64,000 nt of DNA from an uncultured Nostoc sp. (GTDB taxonomy: Bacteria > Cyanobacteriota > Cyanobacteriia > Cyanobacteriales > Nostocaceae): assembly GCF_964245575.1 (NCBI RefSeq), contig NZ_CAXTNP010000005.1, positions 899 through 64,898 of the forward strand, in the 5' to 3' direction. Below are positions 9,585-18,766 of this stretch, piece by piece (position 1 is the stretch's first letter; each line of letters starts with the position of its first letter). A program made the translations under genes and the position numbers. The notes beneath the pieces were generated by a model. The model saw only the letters and a list, made by a program, of their open reading frames with translations, was not told the DNA's origin and ran no database searches.

Positions 9585-12356
9585 TTACAAAATCCCTTTT
9601 CCTAATACCTTACGCTTCAAAACCAGTATCCGAGGTCTTGCTCCTGTACCTGAAAAACCTAAACCTTCGCGGAAGATTTCTGGCATATAAAATCGTGCCT
9701 CGCTATCCTTTTCCTTATCTTCGTAAATAACCCCCATTTCCTCTAGCATTCTTACTGTCGGCTGATCCATTTCAAATTGTTCTACGTCAAAAGGAATTTT
9801 TCGTTCAGAAGGGGGATATTTAGGTAGTATTTCTTCAACCCAAGTTTTGAAAGATGGATATTCTTCCTTAGCTTCTTCCACCTTCTTTTCACTACATGGC
9901 TTAAGAGCGCGGCGAATAGCTTGAGGAGGTAAAATACGGCTGGTAGACCACTTTTCAAATTGCACTTCTTTAGTTATTTCTACAGTAATATCGGCTGCAT
10001 GAAACAAAAAACGAACAATATCTCTCGCTTGAAGCCTACCATTAAAATCTGTCAAAGCTGCAAATATCCAGGAAGCTGTATATGCTTCTTTAGAGTTATC
10101 TGAACCTAGCCTTTTACCCCACAATTTTTCTAATCGCTCTATAATATTCTGTTTATTTAAACTGTTAATCTCTACTAGAGATGCATCTATTACTTGAGAC
10201 TGGCTGCATATCCAAAAGACTAAACGTAGAAAAGAATCTTGATCCCAAGATAGATCATAAGAAAGGTAAAGATTTTCAAATTGTTTTAAGTTTTGAGTAA
10301 TTGTATAACGCAGAAAATCACGGCGCAGAAAAATTATTACCCCAAGGTTAGACTGCCTAATTTCTGATAATCTCTTTGGCAAATCATCAATCAAAGCTTT
10401 TAAGGCAATTTTTTCTTGATTGCTGGATGCAATGTTTGAGAATATATCCTCTAATCCATCAAACAGAAAGATAATACGTAAGCCTCTATCTTTCAAATCA
10501 CGATTTATGATGTTAAGAATATTAAGACTATGTGTTTCAGGATTCACACCTATAGCTTTTGCAATTTGACCAATCCAGAATTCCGTCCATTCTGGTTCAC
10601 TCCAGTTTTCAGTTGCAATTGATCTTTTTATTCTATCCACATATTCTGAAAGTATAAACTCAGGAACACTATCTCCCAAAGCTAATCTCACCTCCTTTCT
10701 AGCTTCGTTAATCACAGTTTTTGCATTATCTTTAATGTTACTTGATTCAAGGAAAGGAAAAATATGTGTTTTTAGCTGTGATTCTTGAATAGTATTATCT
10801 ATACGATTCAAAAAACTTTCCCAGTATTTAAAACGTGATAACTGTATATAGTTAAACGTTTTTCCTGCACCTTTAGCTCCAATTGATACGACATGAGGTA
10901 ATTCATCTCGAAAATTAGTCGCTAAATTCTTCAATGGTTCCGTTACTAATAAATCTTCTCCCCGGCCTTGTTCAGCATACTCATATTGCTGACACAAATC
11001 TCTGAGTCTACGAACCTCAACAATTACCTGATGCTCTTTTATAGATTTTGACTTCAATTCCTGATCATTGGTTATAAACAACTGTTCTTTAGCCCACTCA
11101 TTTGCTACATTCATTACTGAAGTTGGACTTAGTTTTAAGCGGGAATCTTCCCAATTGTTAATATATAGTAATTCTTGGGCAAAATAGGTTTCTTTTATTT
11201 CTAATCTTGTAGCATATAAATTATCTTCTTCAGGCTGTGCATAAGCAGACTGAAATCTCACCAATGCATCTTCAAAGGCTGGTAAAGACTTTAGTTCTGG
11301 CATTAACATACTAATTAATAAACACGGCTCGTAATAGCTTTTATCATCAACTCTTTCTTCTGGCGGTGCAACTCTACCAATTTGCTCTAAAACAAGACTT
11401 GTACCTATGACTGATTGCTCGGTGATTGTTGTCACAAGAAAGCGTTGAATTCTGGGATCAAAAATGATGGGGCTGGATATTTCACTCAAACCCGCTCTCA
11501 AATCAATGAATACATAGTCAGCACCAACAGCCTTACCTAGACTATGAATAGCATTGCCCCATTCCCAAGCTCCGTCTGGACTTCTAACTAACTGCTCTGG
11601 CAGAATAGGTGTATCTAATACCTGATCATCATCAAGACAGGCAGGTAAAAAATAGACAGTTGATTTTCCTTCATATTTAGAAGATTTTTTAACTTCTCTG
11701 GCAAACAATGAGAGTGTTTGTTCTCTTTCAATAGGAGAATAGTGATAAACTTCAAGAAAATCAATTAAAGAAACAGATGGTTGCTGCTTTTCTGAACGAT
11801 TCCAATAGGTAAGACCAGGAGCTTCTAAATCAGCATCAATAACCAATACATTAATAGACAAATCTAGTTCTTTAGCTCTATCCAGTACAGCAAAAAGATG
11901 CGCTGCTAAATTCAATGTTCTACCTACACCACCCTTGAAAGAATAAAAGGCTACTAAATTAGGCTTTTCAGTATATGCATCTGGAAGTTTAACTTGTCTT
12001 TCTATTACACTTTCTGTTTCTGAATCATTTTCAATATAAGCAATTTCTTCCCAAAATGGACGTATAGAAATATCGATTGCAGATGCTTCTTCTCCGAGAA
12101 TAAATTCCACTGGTAATGTAGCATCACCAAGGTCGAGTTGTATAAGAGACTGATCTTCTTGATACCAGTCGCCAAACCATTCTTTTAAGGTATAGTTTGC
12201 ATTTTCTATACTCTGGTCGTTTTTCAGACCAATTTCTAAAGCATCTGAGAAACAACGAATTCTTAATACCCCATTTGGTAGTTTGCTGCCATAGTGGGTT
12301 TTACGACAAATAGTTCTTCTAACATCAAGCCATGTCAGTAGCCTTAGAGATTTCAT
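9585..12356 (-). CDS. Large dual P-loop NTPase: ParA/MinD-like module with KGGVGRT variant Walker A plus a second classical P-loop module
   Basis: 923 aa. Residues 140-147 are FKGGVGRT (nt 11916-11939), followed by VLVIDADLEAPG and YVFIDLRAGL. Residues 493-500 are GAKGAGKT (nt 10857-10880), with IIFLFDGLED at residues 628-637 (nt 10446-10475). The N-terminal ~130 aa and C-terminal ~170 aa are unassigned. Confidence 0.75.
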   Translation of the reverse strand: MKSLRLLTWLDVRRTICRKTHYGSKLPNGVLRIRCFSDALEIGLKNDQSIENANYTLKEWFGDWYQEDQSLIQLDLGDATLPVEFILGEEASAIDISIRPFWEEIAYIENDSETESVIERQVKLPDAYTEKPNLVAFYSFKGGVGRTLNLAAHLFAVLDRAKELDLSINVLVIDADLEAPGLTYWNRSEKQQPSVSLIDFLEVYHYSPIEREQTLSLFAREVKKSSKYEGKSTVYFLPACLDDDQVLDTPILPEQLVRSPDGAWEWGNAIHSLGKAVGADYVFIDLRAGLSEISSPIIFDPRIQRFLVTTITEQSVIGTSLVLEQIGRVAPPEERVDDKSYYEPCLLISMLMPELKSLPAFEDALVRFQSAYAQPEEDNLYATRLEIKETYFAQELLYINNWEDSRLKLSPTSVMNVANEWAKEQLFITNDQELKSKSIKEHQVIVEVRRLRDLCQQYEYAEQGRGEDLLVTEPLKNLATNFRDELPHVVSIGAKGAGKTFNYIQLSRFKYWESFLNRIDNTIQESQLKTHIFPFLESSNIKDNAKTVINEARKEVRLALGDSVPEFILSEYVDRIKRSIATENWSEPEWTEFWIGQIAKAIGVNPETHSLNILNIINRDLKDRGLRIIFLFDGLEDIFSNIASSNQEKIALKALIDDLPKRLSEIRQSNLGVIIFLRRDFLRYTITQNLKQFENLYLSYDLSWDQDSFLRLVFWICSQSQVIDASLVEINSLNKQNIIERLEKLWGKRLGSDNSKEAYTASWIFAALTDFNGRLQARDIVRFLFHAADITVEITKEVQFEKWSTSRILPPQAIRRALKPCSEKKVEEAKEEYPSFKTWVEEILPKYPPSERKIPFDVEQFEMDQPTVRMLEEMGVIYEDKEKDSEARFYMPEIFREGLGFSGTGARPRILVLKRKVLGKGIL

Positions 12357-12802
12357 AGTCTTTCAAGTTCTCCATTAATCCATTTGACAATTTCTAACAA
12401 TTTATTTTCTAATTCTTCATCAGTTGTATCTGCTAATGAAGAGCATCCACCATATCGCCACATTTGGTTAACTTCTCCAGGAGTAAATTTTCTTTCATCA
12501 TCCTTGCCACTTTTACCTTTTATTGGTTTCATACTTAACTGTGCTGGTAATTTCAAATTGTTGCCAGCAGATAAACAATCTAGTAGTTTGTTCACATCAT
12601 GCTGGCATTTCTCAATATCTCTACATAAATCGGTACGATTTGTTCGCCGTTTCTCTCTCCGCATCAAAACTGCTTTCAAACCACATTCAACTGCATAAAA
12701 TAAGAGTAACCGATGAGCGTTAGTTCGTGGTGTTATACAAGAAGCAGACCAATTATCTCGCCAAGCTTTCTCTATTTCTCTATCTGTAAACGGAATTACC
12801 AT
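12353..12802 (-). CDS. Small all-helical protein, HEPN-like (putative RNase-type effector)
   Basis: 149 aa. Its stop overlaps the start of the 923-aa gene in an ATGA. Has a helix-1-like AVECGLKAVL segment, then R61-x6-H68 (RDIEKCQHDVNKLL, nt 12599-12622). Confidence 0.55.
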   Translation of the reverse strand: MVIPFTDREIEKAWRDNWSASCITPRTNAHRLLLFYAVECGLKAVLMRREKRRTNRTDLCRDIEKCQHDVNKLLDCLSAGNNLKLPAQLSMKPIKGKSGKDDERKFTPGEVNQMWRYGGCSSLADTTDEELENKLLEIVKWINGELERL

Positions 12803-12846
12803 TATGCTATTTACAGTCTAAGTAACTACGAATAAACTCAGATATA

Positions 12847-15360
12847 TTATGTCAAAATCGCCCCACCCATCAATCGCTCATACCGATATTTCAACTCTTC
12901 TTTCATCAAATACCAGCGCTCTAAAGTTGCATCCGTCTCTATTATTTTCTCTGCTGCTTGCCGCGCTAAAAGTAAAACTTCTTCATCTTCAACCAAGCTT
13001 GCTAAGGTAAAATCTGGCACTCCAGATTGACGAGTTCCCAGTACTTGCCCTGGCCCACGAAAACGCATATCCATCTCTGAGATGAAAAAGCCATCCTGAG
13101 ATTGTTCCAATACCTTCAACCGTTGTTGAGCATCAGGACTCCTAGAACTGCTCATCAACAGACAGTAAGACTGAGCCGCGCCACGACCAACGCGCCCCCG
13201 CAGTTGGTGCAGTTGCGATAAGCCAAATCGCTCTGCATTTTCAATGAGCATAACCGTAGCATTAGGTACGTCTACACCAACTTCAACAACAGTAGTAGAA
13301 ACCAAAATTTGTGTTTGGTTATCACGAAATTTGGTAATCGCTTCATCCTTGTCGGCTGAACTCATACGACCATGTAGCAGCCCTACTTGAAAGTCAGGAA
13401 AAATGCTTTCTTGTAACTTTTGATGCTCCTCCACAGCCGATCGCAGATCCAGTTTTTCTGATTCTTCTACCAAGGGCAAAACCACGTAAACTTGTCTACC
13501 TTGAGCAATTTCTCGGCGGATGAGGTCGTAAGCATGGTTGCGTTGCTGACCTGACAAGACTGTTGTCTGAATCTTTTGTCGTCCTGGCGGTAACTCATCA
13601 ATTTGGCTCACATCCAAATCCCCGTGTATCGTCAGAGCCAAGGTTCTGGGAATCGGGGTAGCTGTCATAGTTAACACATGGGGTTGCTCACCTTTTTGCT
13701 GCAAACGCGCCCGTTGTTCTACCCCAAAGCGATGCTGCTCATCTATGACCACTAAGCCCAGTTGATGGAAGTTTACGGGGTCTTGAATCAATGCATGGGT
13801 TCCCACTAACAGAGGTAATTCACCAGTTCCTAACTGAGAATGTATTTGTCTTCGTTTAGCAGTTTTAGTAGAACCTGTCAGTAATTCCACTGGTAAATGC
13901 AAAAGGTTAAACCAACTAACTAACTTGCGATAATGTTGTTCTGCCAAAACTTCTGTGGGAGCCATCAGCGCTGCTTGGTAGCCAGATTGAATTGCTGCGA
14001 GGATAGCCAGTACAGCGACGACAGTTTTACCAGAACCGACATCGCCTTGCACCAAACGATTCATTGGTACAGGTTTCTGTAAATCGTTGAGGATGTCGTT
14101 GAGGACTCGTTGCTGTGCGCCAGTGAGTTGAAAAGGCAGTATTTCATGGAATTTCTCTACAAGTTGACCTCGTGGAACGAGGATGGCGCTGGTTTGAATC
14201 GCCCTTGCTTGCTGCTGACGTTGCAATAACCCAAGTTGCAGGTAGAAAAATTCATCAAATACTAGGCGACGACGGGCAACTTGCAGGACGGCGCTATCAT
14301 TGGGAAAATGGATATTAGCGATCGCATCTTTCAATTCCATCAAACCATACTTCTGTCGCAAACCATTTGGCAAAGGGTCTTTCAGGTGAGCCGCAGCAGG
14401 TAAAGCAGCTATTACCGCCTGTCGCACTGTATTCGCCACCACGCCTTCAGTCAGCCCATAAATTGGCACTACCCGCCCAATATTCAGCGACTCAATGGTA
14501 TCTCCTGGATTTGCCAAAACCTCTAATTCTGGATTATCTAGTGTCAAGCCGTATTTACTTTCTTTTACCAACCCACACGCCGCTAAAATACTACCCACTG
14601 GATAACGGCGTTTTAAACTTTCTTGCCAAGCGCGACTGCTAAAGCGCGTACCTGCATAAAAACGACCAATTTTGATTTGACCACTGTTATCTTTTACGAC
14701 CAGTTCTAAAATTGATAACTTCTGATTTTTAGGGCTAGTAAAGCAGTTGCAACGCTTCACTGTAGCCACTATTGTCACCGTCTCACCTGCCTGTAACTCG
14801 CGGATATTCACCTGACGCGCATAATCAATGTGGTCACGAGGATAGTAGAAAAGTAAATCGCGGACGGTGTGTAAACCAAGCCGTGCCAAATTACCAGCTT
14901 TTTTGAAGCCTATTTCTGGTAAATCGCTGAGTTTTTGGTCAATGTTCGGTGCAAGCCTCCGACTTACCTCAGTGATAATTTTAGATTTTGGGTCGCACCT
15001 TTGGTGCGCTGGAAGCGCAACTTGGATTTTGGATTGATAAATTCTCCCTTGCTCCCCTGCTCCTTTGCTCCTCTGCTCCCCATGCTCCTCTTGCTGTAGT
15101 TGCGAGAGATACCTACGAGTCTCTGCTACTAAATGTTGTCTTTCTTCTTGTGCGAGATGTGGATAACTAGCAAATTGCACCGCTAGTCCTTGCCAACGGC
15201 GGCGTTCAGTTTGGGGTAAGCCTGTTGGAAATTTGCCCAAAGTCAGGCTAAGAAATTCACTGAAGCGGTATTGTCTGCCCACCAAGTCTGTAAAGCCGCG
15301 TTCGGCTTCTATTGCCAAGGCTTTGTGCAATCGTATCCAATCTGGTTTTTCATTAGTCAT
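12847..15360 (-). CDS. recG: ATP-dependent DNA helicase RecG
   Basis: 837 aa. Wedge/OB region plus SF2 helicase motifs GDVGSGKT, DEQHRFG, TATPIPR and QLRGRVGRG. Confidence 0.95.
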   Translation of the reverse strand: MTNEKPDWIRLHKALAIEAERGFTDLVGRQYRFSEFLSLTLGKFPTGLPQTERRRWQGLAVQFASYPHLAQEERQHLVAETRRYLSQLQQEEHGEQRSKGAGEQGRIYQSKIQVALPAHQRCDPKSKIITEVSRRLAPNIDQKLSDLPEIGFKKAGNLARLGLHTVRDLLFYYPRDHIDYARQVNIRELQAGETVTIVATVKRCNCFTSPKNQKLSILELVVKDNSGQIKIGRFYAGTRFSSRAWQESLKRRYPVGSILAACGLVKESKYGLTLDNPELEVLANPGDTIESLNIGRVVPIYGLTEGVVANTVRQAVIAALPAAAHLKDPLPNGLRQKYGLMELKDAIANIHFPNDSAVLQVARRRLVFDEFFYLQLGLLQRQQQARAIQTSAILVPRGQLVEKFHEILPFQLTGAQQRVLNDILNDLQKPVPMNRLVQGDVGSGKTVVAVLAILAAIQSGYQAALMAPTEVLAEQHYRKLVSWFNLLHLPVELLTGSTKTAKRRQIHSQLGTGELPLLVGTHALIQDPVNFHQLGLVVIDEQHRFGVEQRARLQQKGEQPHVLTMTATPIPRTLALTIHGDLDVSQIDELPPGRQKIQTTVLSGQQRNHAYDLIRREIAQGRQVYVVLPLVEESEKLDLRSAVEEHQKLQESIFPDFQVGLLHGRMSSADKDEAITKFRDNQTQILVSTTVVEVGVDVPNATVMLIENAERFGLSQLHQLRGRVGRGAAQSYCLLMSSSRSPDAQQRLKVLEQSQDGFFISEMDMRFRGPGQVLGTRQSGVPDFTLASLVEDEEVLLLARQAAEKIIETDATLERWYLMKEELKYRYERLMGGAILT

Positions 15361-15385
15361 TGGTCAGCAGAGTTAGGAGTTAGGA

Positions 15386-15450
15386 GAGGCGATTAATCGC
15401 GTCTGTACAGGAGTGAGGAGTACAGACGCGATTAATCGCGTCTGTACAGG
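15386..15450. repeat. Tandem copies of the palindromic repeat GTACAGACGCGATTAATCGCGTCTGTAC
   Basis: One partial and one perfect copy (26-nt palindrome at 15421-15446), flanked by AGTTAGG heptamers. Confidence 0.75.
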
Positions 15451-15462
15451 AGTTAGGAATAA

Positions 15463-15497
15463 ATAACTCATAACTTATAATTCATAACTCATAACTT
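15463..15497. repeat. STRR-type heptamer tandem repeat (ATAACTC/ATAACTT/ATAATTC x5)
   Basis: Five consecutive heptamers read directly from the sequence. Confidence 0.8.
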
Positions 15498-16333
15498 TAT
15501 TCAAACCAACTAGCACGCCATGCAGCTTCAGCTTCAGCGATCGCTTTTTCTCGATGTTTCTTTTGATACTCTCGTCCTAGCTTGTTTAGCTGAACTAAAA
15601 TACTGCGGATTTGCCTGCGCTCAGAGGAGAGTGTTACATCAGCAAATTCAATTTCTCCTAACCGCAGGTTAATAGCCATAATTTGCGTCAGTCCAGAATC
15701 TTCTGACTGCTGCTCATTTTCAATTTCAATTACTAAGTTTAATAAGTTGGGTGGCCCTGGCATGGCCTCACCAGACGCTTCTGATGCCGCCGCAGCCGCA
15801 GCTGCTAAAATCGGTTCTGGTAATTTTTTCGGTAATACTCCAGATTTTTGTATTAAAATATTAGCATCATGCGAAAGTTTTTTCAGTATTTCTTGCATGA
15901 CCTCTTCTAAGTTCTGTTGCCATTTTACTAGTTCTATAGGATTATAGGTGTCGGCGGTGAAAGACTGAGAATTAGAGGTATCCAGAAGTCCAGAAGATAA
16001 AGAGGATGTTACTTCCTCATCCCTCTCATCCCTCTCATTTTCCCCAACTTCCTCACTTTTTATACAACCAAGCAACTGCTTTGCAGCCACTTGACCCAAC
16101 TTGCGGATGGCTTGTTGCAATTGTTGACGCTGATTCAATGACAAATGCAGAAAGTTTTCAGGATAGCCCTGAGTACAAAGGTGGTAACTCGCCAGAATCA
16201 ACTGTTTTCGTACAGCTAGCCCCAAGGTGTTTAGATAACTAGCATAAGCGTTTTGTAGTTCTACTGCGATCGCCCGAATCGCTTCTTTTATTGCTGCAAT
16301 ATCCCGTTCAATTCGCTCGATTGCTCTTGCCAT
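15497..16333 (-). CDS. Hypothetical coiled-coil protein with an acidic and poly-Ala central region
   Basis: 278-aa ORF with no overlapping competitor of comparable quality. I recognised no family signature. Confidence 0.55.
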   Translation of the reverse strand: MARAIERIERDIAAIKEAIRAIAVELQNAYASYLNTLGLAVRKQLILASYHLCTQGYPENFLHLSLNQRQQLQQAIRKLGQVAAKQLLGCIKSEEVGENERDERDEEVTSSLSSGLLDTSNSQSFTADTYNPIELVKWQQNLEEVMQEILKKLSHDANILIQKSGVLPKKLPEPILAAAAAAASEASGEAMPGPPNLLNLVIEIENEQQSEDSGLTQIMAINLRLGEIEFADVTLSSERRQIRSILVQLNKLGREYQKKHREKAIAEAEAAWRASWFE

Positions 16334-16547
16334 ATCTTTTTGTTCTTGTCCATGTGAACTATTACATAGTACAAATGTACAAATTTATTTTAGGATAACT
16401 TTCCAGAGGATTTTAGATTTTAAATTAAATGCGATATTTCGCGTCTCTACTAAAAAAATACAGGTCAGGCTATTTGCTTGACCTGTCCTTTAAGCAGTTA
16501 AGAATTAAGAATTATGAATTATAAAGCAACTTCCTATTAACTTTTAA

Positions 16548-16580
16548 CTCCTGTACAGACGCGATTAATCGCGTCTCTAC
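16548..16580. repeat. Palindromic repeat copy (CTCCTGTACAGACGCGATTAATCGCGTCTCTAC); likely tsf terminator
   Basis: Sits immediately 3' of the tsf stop codon. Confidence 0.7.
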
Positions 16581-16585
16581 TTATA

Positions 16586-17530
16586 TTACTTACTGCCCAT
16601 TTGTGCAGCGACTTCATCAGCAAAGCTAATTTCTTGCTTTTCAATGCCTTCGCCGAGTATATAGCGGACAAAGCGGGTCACTTGAATCTCTTCGCCTAAT
16701 TGCGCCTTTGCTTGCTTCAAGAGGTCTTCCACGGAAATACTCTGATCGCGAATGTAAGGCTGATCGAGCAAAGTCAATTCTTTCAGGCGTTTTTCAATCC
16801 GTCCCTGAACAATCTTTTCTTTGATGTTATCTGGCTTGTTCGCCAAATCATCCTTGCCCATTTCAATATCTTTTTCCTTTTGGGCAACTTCGGCGGGAAT
16901 TTGGTCTACGCTCACATACTCGACATTTGGACAAGCCGCAACTTGCATTGCAGTATTCCGTGCCAAAGTTTGGAACTCTTGATTGGTAGCTGCTGACTCA
17001 GTTTGAGAACCGAGTTCTACCAATACACCAACTCGACCGCCAGTGTGAATGTAGCTGTCTACTACACCTTGCGTGCCTTCTGCTAGTGCAAAATTCACAA
17101 AGCGACGCACTTGGATATTTTCACCGAGCGTGGCAATGGTTTGCTTGATGAATTCTTCTACAGTTGCATTTTCATTATCAATATAAGGTTGAGCCAACAA
17201 AGACTCAACACTATTAGCAGTCGCTGCTTGCTTTGCTAGATTCTTAACTAAAGCTTTAAAAGCCTCGTTACGAGCAACAAAGTCGGTTTGGCAGTTGACT
17301 TCTATGAGTACACCCACTCGACCACCGGGCTGAATGTAAGTGTCTACTAGACCTTCTGCCGCAATGCGATCGCTTTTTGCCCCCGCCTTAGAGATGCCCT
17401 TTTTTCGTAGCCAGTCTGCGGCTTCTTCTACGTTGCCTTCAGTCTCTATCAGCGCCTTTTTGCAGTCCATCATGCCGGCACCAGTTTTTTGGCGTAGCTC
17501 TTGGACGAGTTTTGCAGATATTTCCGCCAT
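16586..17530 (-). CDS. tsf: Translation elongation factor Ts
   Basis: 314 aa. N-terminus [20 protein letters not shown] is the UBA-like EF-Ts signature. Confidence 0.95.
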   Translation of the reverse strand: MAEISAKLVQELRQKTGAGMMDCKKALIETEGNVEEAADWLRKKGISKAGAKSDRIAAEGLVDTYIQPGGRVGVLIEVNCQTDFVARNEAFKALVKNLAKQAATANSVESLLAQPYIDNENATVEEFIKQTIATLGENIQVRRFVNFALAEGTQGVVDSYIHTGGRVGVLVELGSQTESAATNQEFQTLARNTAMQVAACPNVEYVSVDQIPAEVAQKEKDIEMGKDDLANKPDNIKEKIVQGRIEKRLKELTLLDQPYIRDQSISVEDLLKQAKAQLGEEIQVTRFVRYILGEGIEKQEISFADEVAAQMGSK

Positions 17531-17749
17531 GTTGCCTCAATTCCTAACTTGACCTCAAGTTGTAATCGTTCACGGGTGTTGAGTATTTCTATCTTACTCA
17601 GGGCTGGGGGAGAAAAAATAATCAAGTTATAAGGTATGAGTTTTTTCGCCTCTACCTTAGCCTCCGATTTGCCGTTCTTCTAGGGCGGCTTGCTGCTACT
17701 CTGCCAGCCACCGCCCTCCAACGGAGCACTTGCTTCACCCCTGCTTTAC

Positions 17750-18544
17750 TTATTCCTCTGTTTCCTCGTCGGGAATTACGGCGTCAGTATATTCGGTTTC
17801 TTCGTAGTCATCGTCATACTCACCGCCGTCGTAATCTTCGTAATCATCTTCAGCCTCAAGCTGACCGTGACGACCTTCATAAATGGCATCTGCCAATTTT
17901 CCGACTATCAGCTTAATTGACCTGATAGCATCGTCGTTTGCCGGGATGGGGATATCTACTACATCGGGGTCACAGTTTGTATCCAGCATGGACACAATCG
18001 GAATATTCAGCTTTTGGCATTCTTGAACTGCGTTATATTCCCGCCGTTGGTCTACAATTACCACGATATCGGGTACTTTCCGCATTGTTTTAATGCCGCC
18101 TAAGTATTTCTGAAGCTTCGTCATTTCCCGACGTAGCATTGATGCTTCTTTTTTCGGTAATAAATCTAGTGCGCCAGTTTCTTCACGGCGTTCTAAATCT
18201 TTCAGACGGTCTACCCGTGTTTTGATGGTTGCCCAGTTGGTCAACATTCCGCCCAACCAGCGTTGGTTAATGTAGTGGGAACCACAACGGCTGGCTTCTT
18301 GGGCAATAATTCCAGCTGCTTGGCGCTTAGTGCCGACAAAAAGAAATTTCTTCCCTTGTTCTGCGTGCGATCGCATGTAGTTGTAAGCATTATCCATCAA
18401 CTGGGCAGTTTGCACCAAGTCGATGATATGCACACCATTGCGGGAAGTATAAATGTAAGGAGACATTTTTGGGTTCCAACGTCGGGTCTGATGCCCAAAG
18501 TGAACCCCTGACTCCATCATTTGAGCCAATGAAACTACTGGCAT
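17750..18544 (-). CDS. rpsB: 30S ribosomal protein S2
   Basis: The ORF track extends to 18607, but [27 protein letters not shown] is the canonical S2 N-terminus and has GGAG 10 nt upstream. The C-terminal tail is acidic. Confidence 0.93.
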   Translation of the reverse strand: MPVVSLAQMMESGVHFGHQTRRWNPKMSPYIYTSRNGVHIIDLVQTAQLMDNAYNYMRSHAEQGKKFLFVGTKRQAAGIIAQEASRCGSHYINQRWLGGMLTNWATIKTRVDRLKDLERREETGALDLLPKKEASMLRREMTKLQKYLGGIKTMRKVPDIVVIVDQRREYNAVQECQKLNIPIVSMLDTNCDPDVVDIPIPANDDAIRSIKLIVGKLADAIYEGRHGQLEAEDDYEDYDGGEYDDDYEETEYTDAVIPDEETEE

Positions 18545-18766
18545 ATATTTTTCAACTCCGATTCGGGTTAAACCTCCATCCAAGTGTATTTCCCAATCGG
18601 GAAACACCCGAATTCTTAGATGTGCGAGATTAGTTAACCATACTAGGTTAGCATATTCCGAAGAGTTGTAGTTGCTCGACAGAGTGACGGCGATAAAATA
18701 GTTATGTAGGACGGGCGTAGCTACAGCGTAGCTACAGCAACTTCTGGAATTACACCCTGTATGTTA

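Noticed and set aside
9000-14300. The HIP1-free stretch as stand-alone proof that the cassette is foreign.
   Set aside because: The gap also covers the end of the glycosyltransferase gene and about 1.5 kb of recG. Other 3-4-kb HIP1-free gaps occur in core DNA (for example 29450-33430 and 33480-37370). I use it only as weak supporting evidence. All counts were made by eye.
17750-18607. N-terminal extensions suggested by the ORF track for rpsB, devB, maf, chlB, cobH, TM2, DUF2470 and others.
   Set aside because: In each case a downstream Met reproduces the canonical family N-terminus, so the extension is an artefact of longest-ORF calling. Adjusted starts are given in the features.
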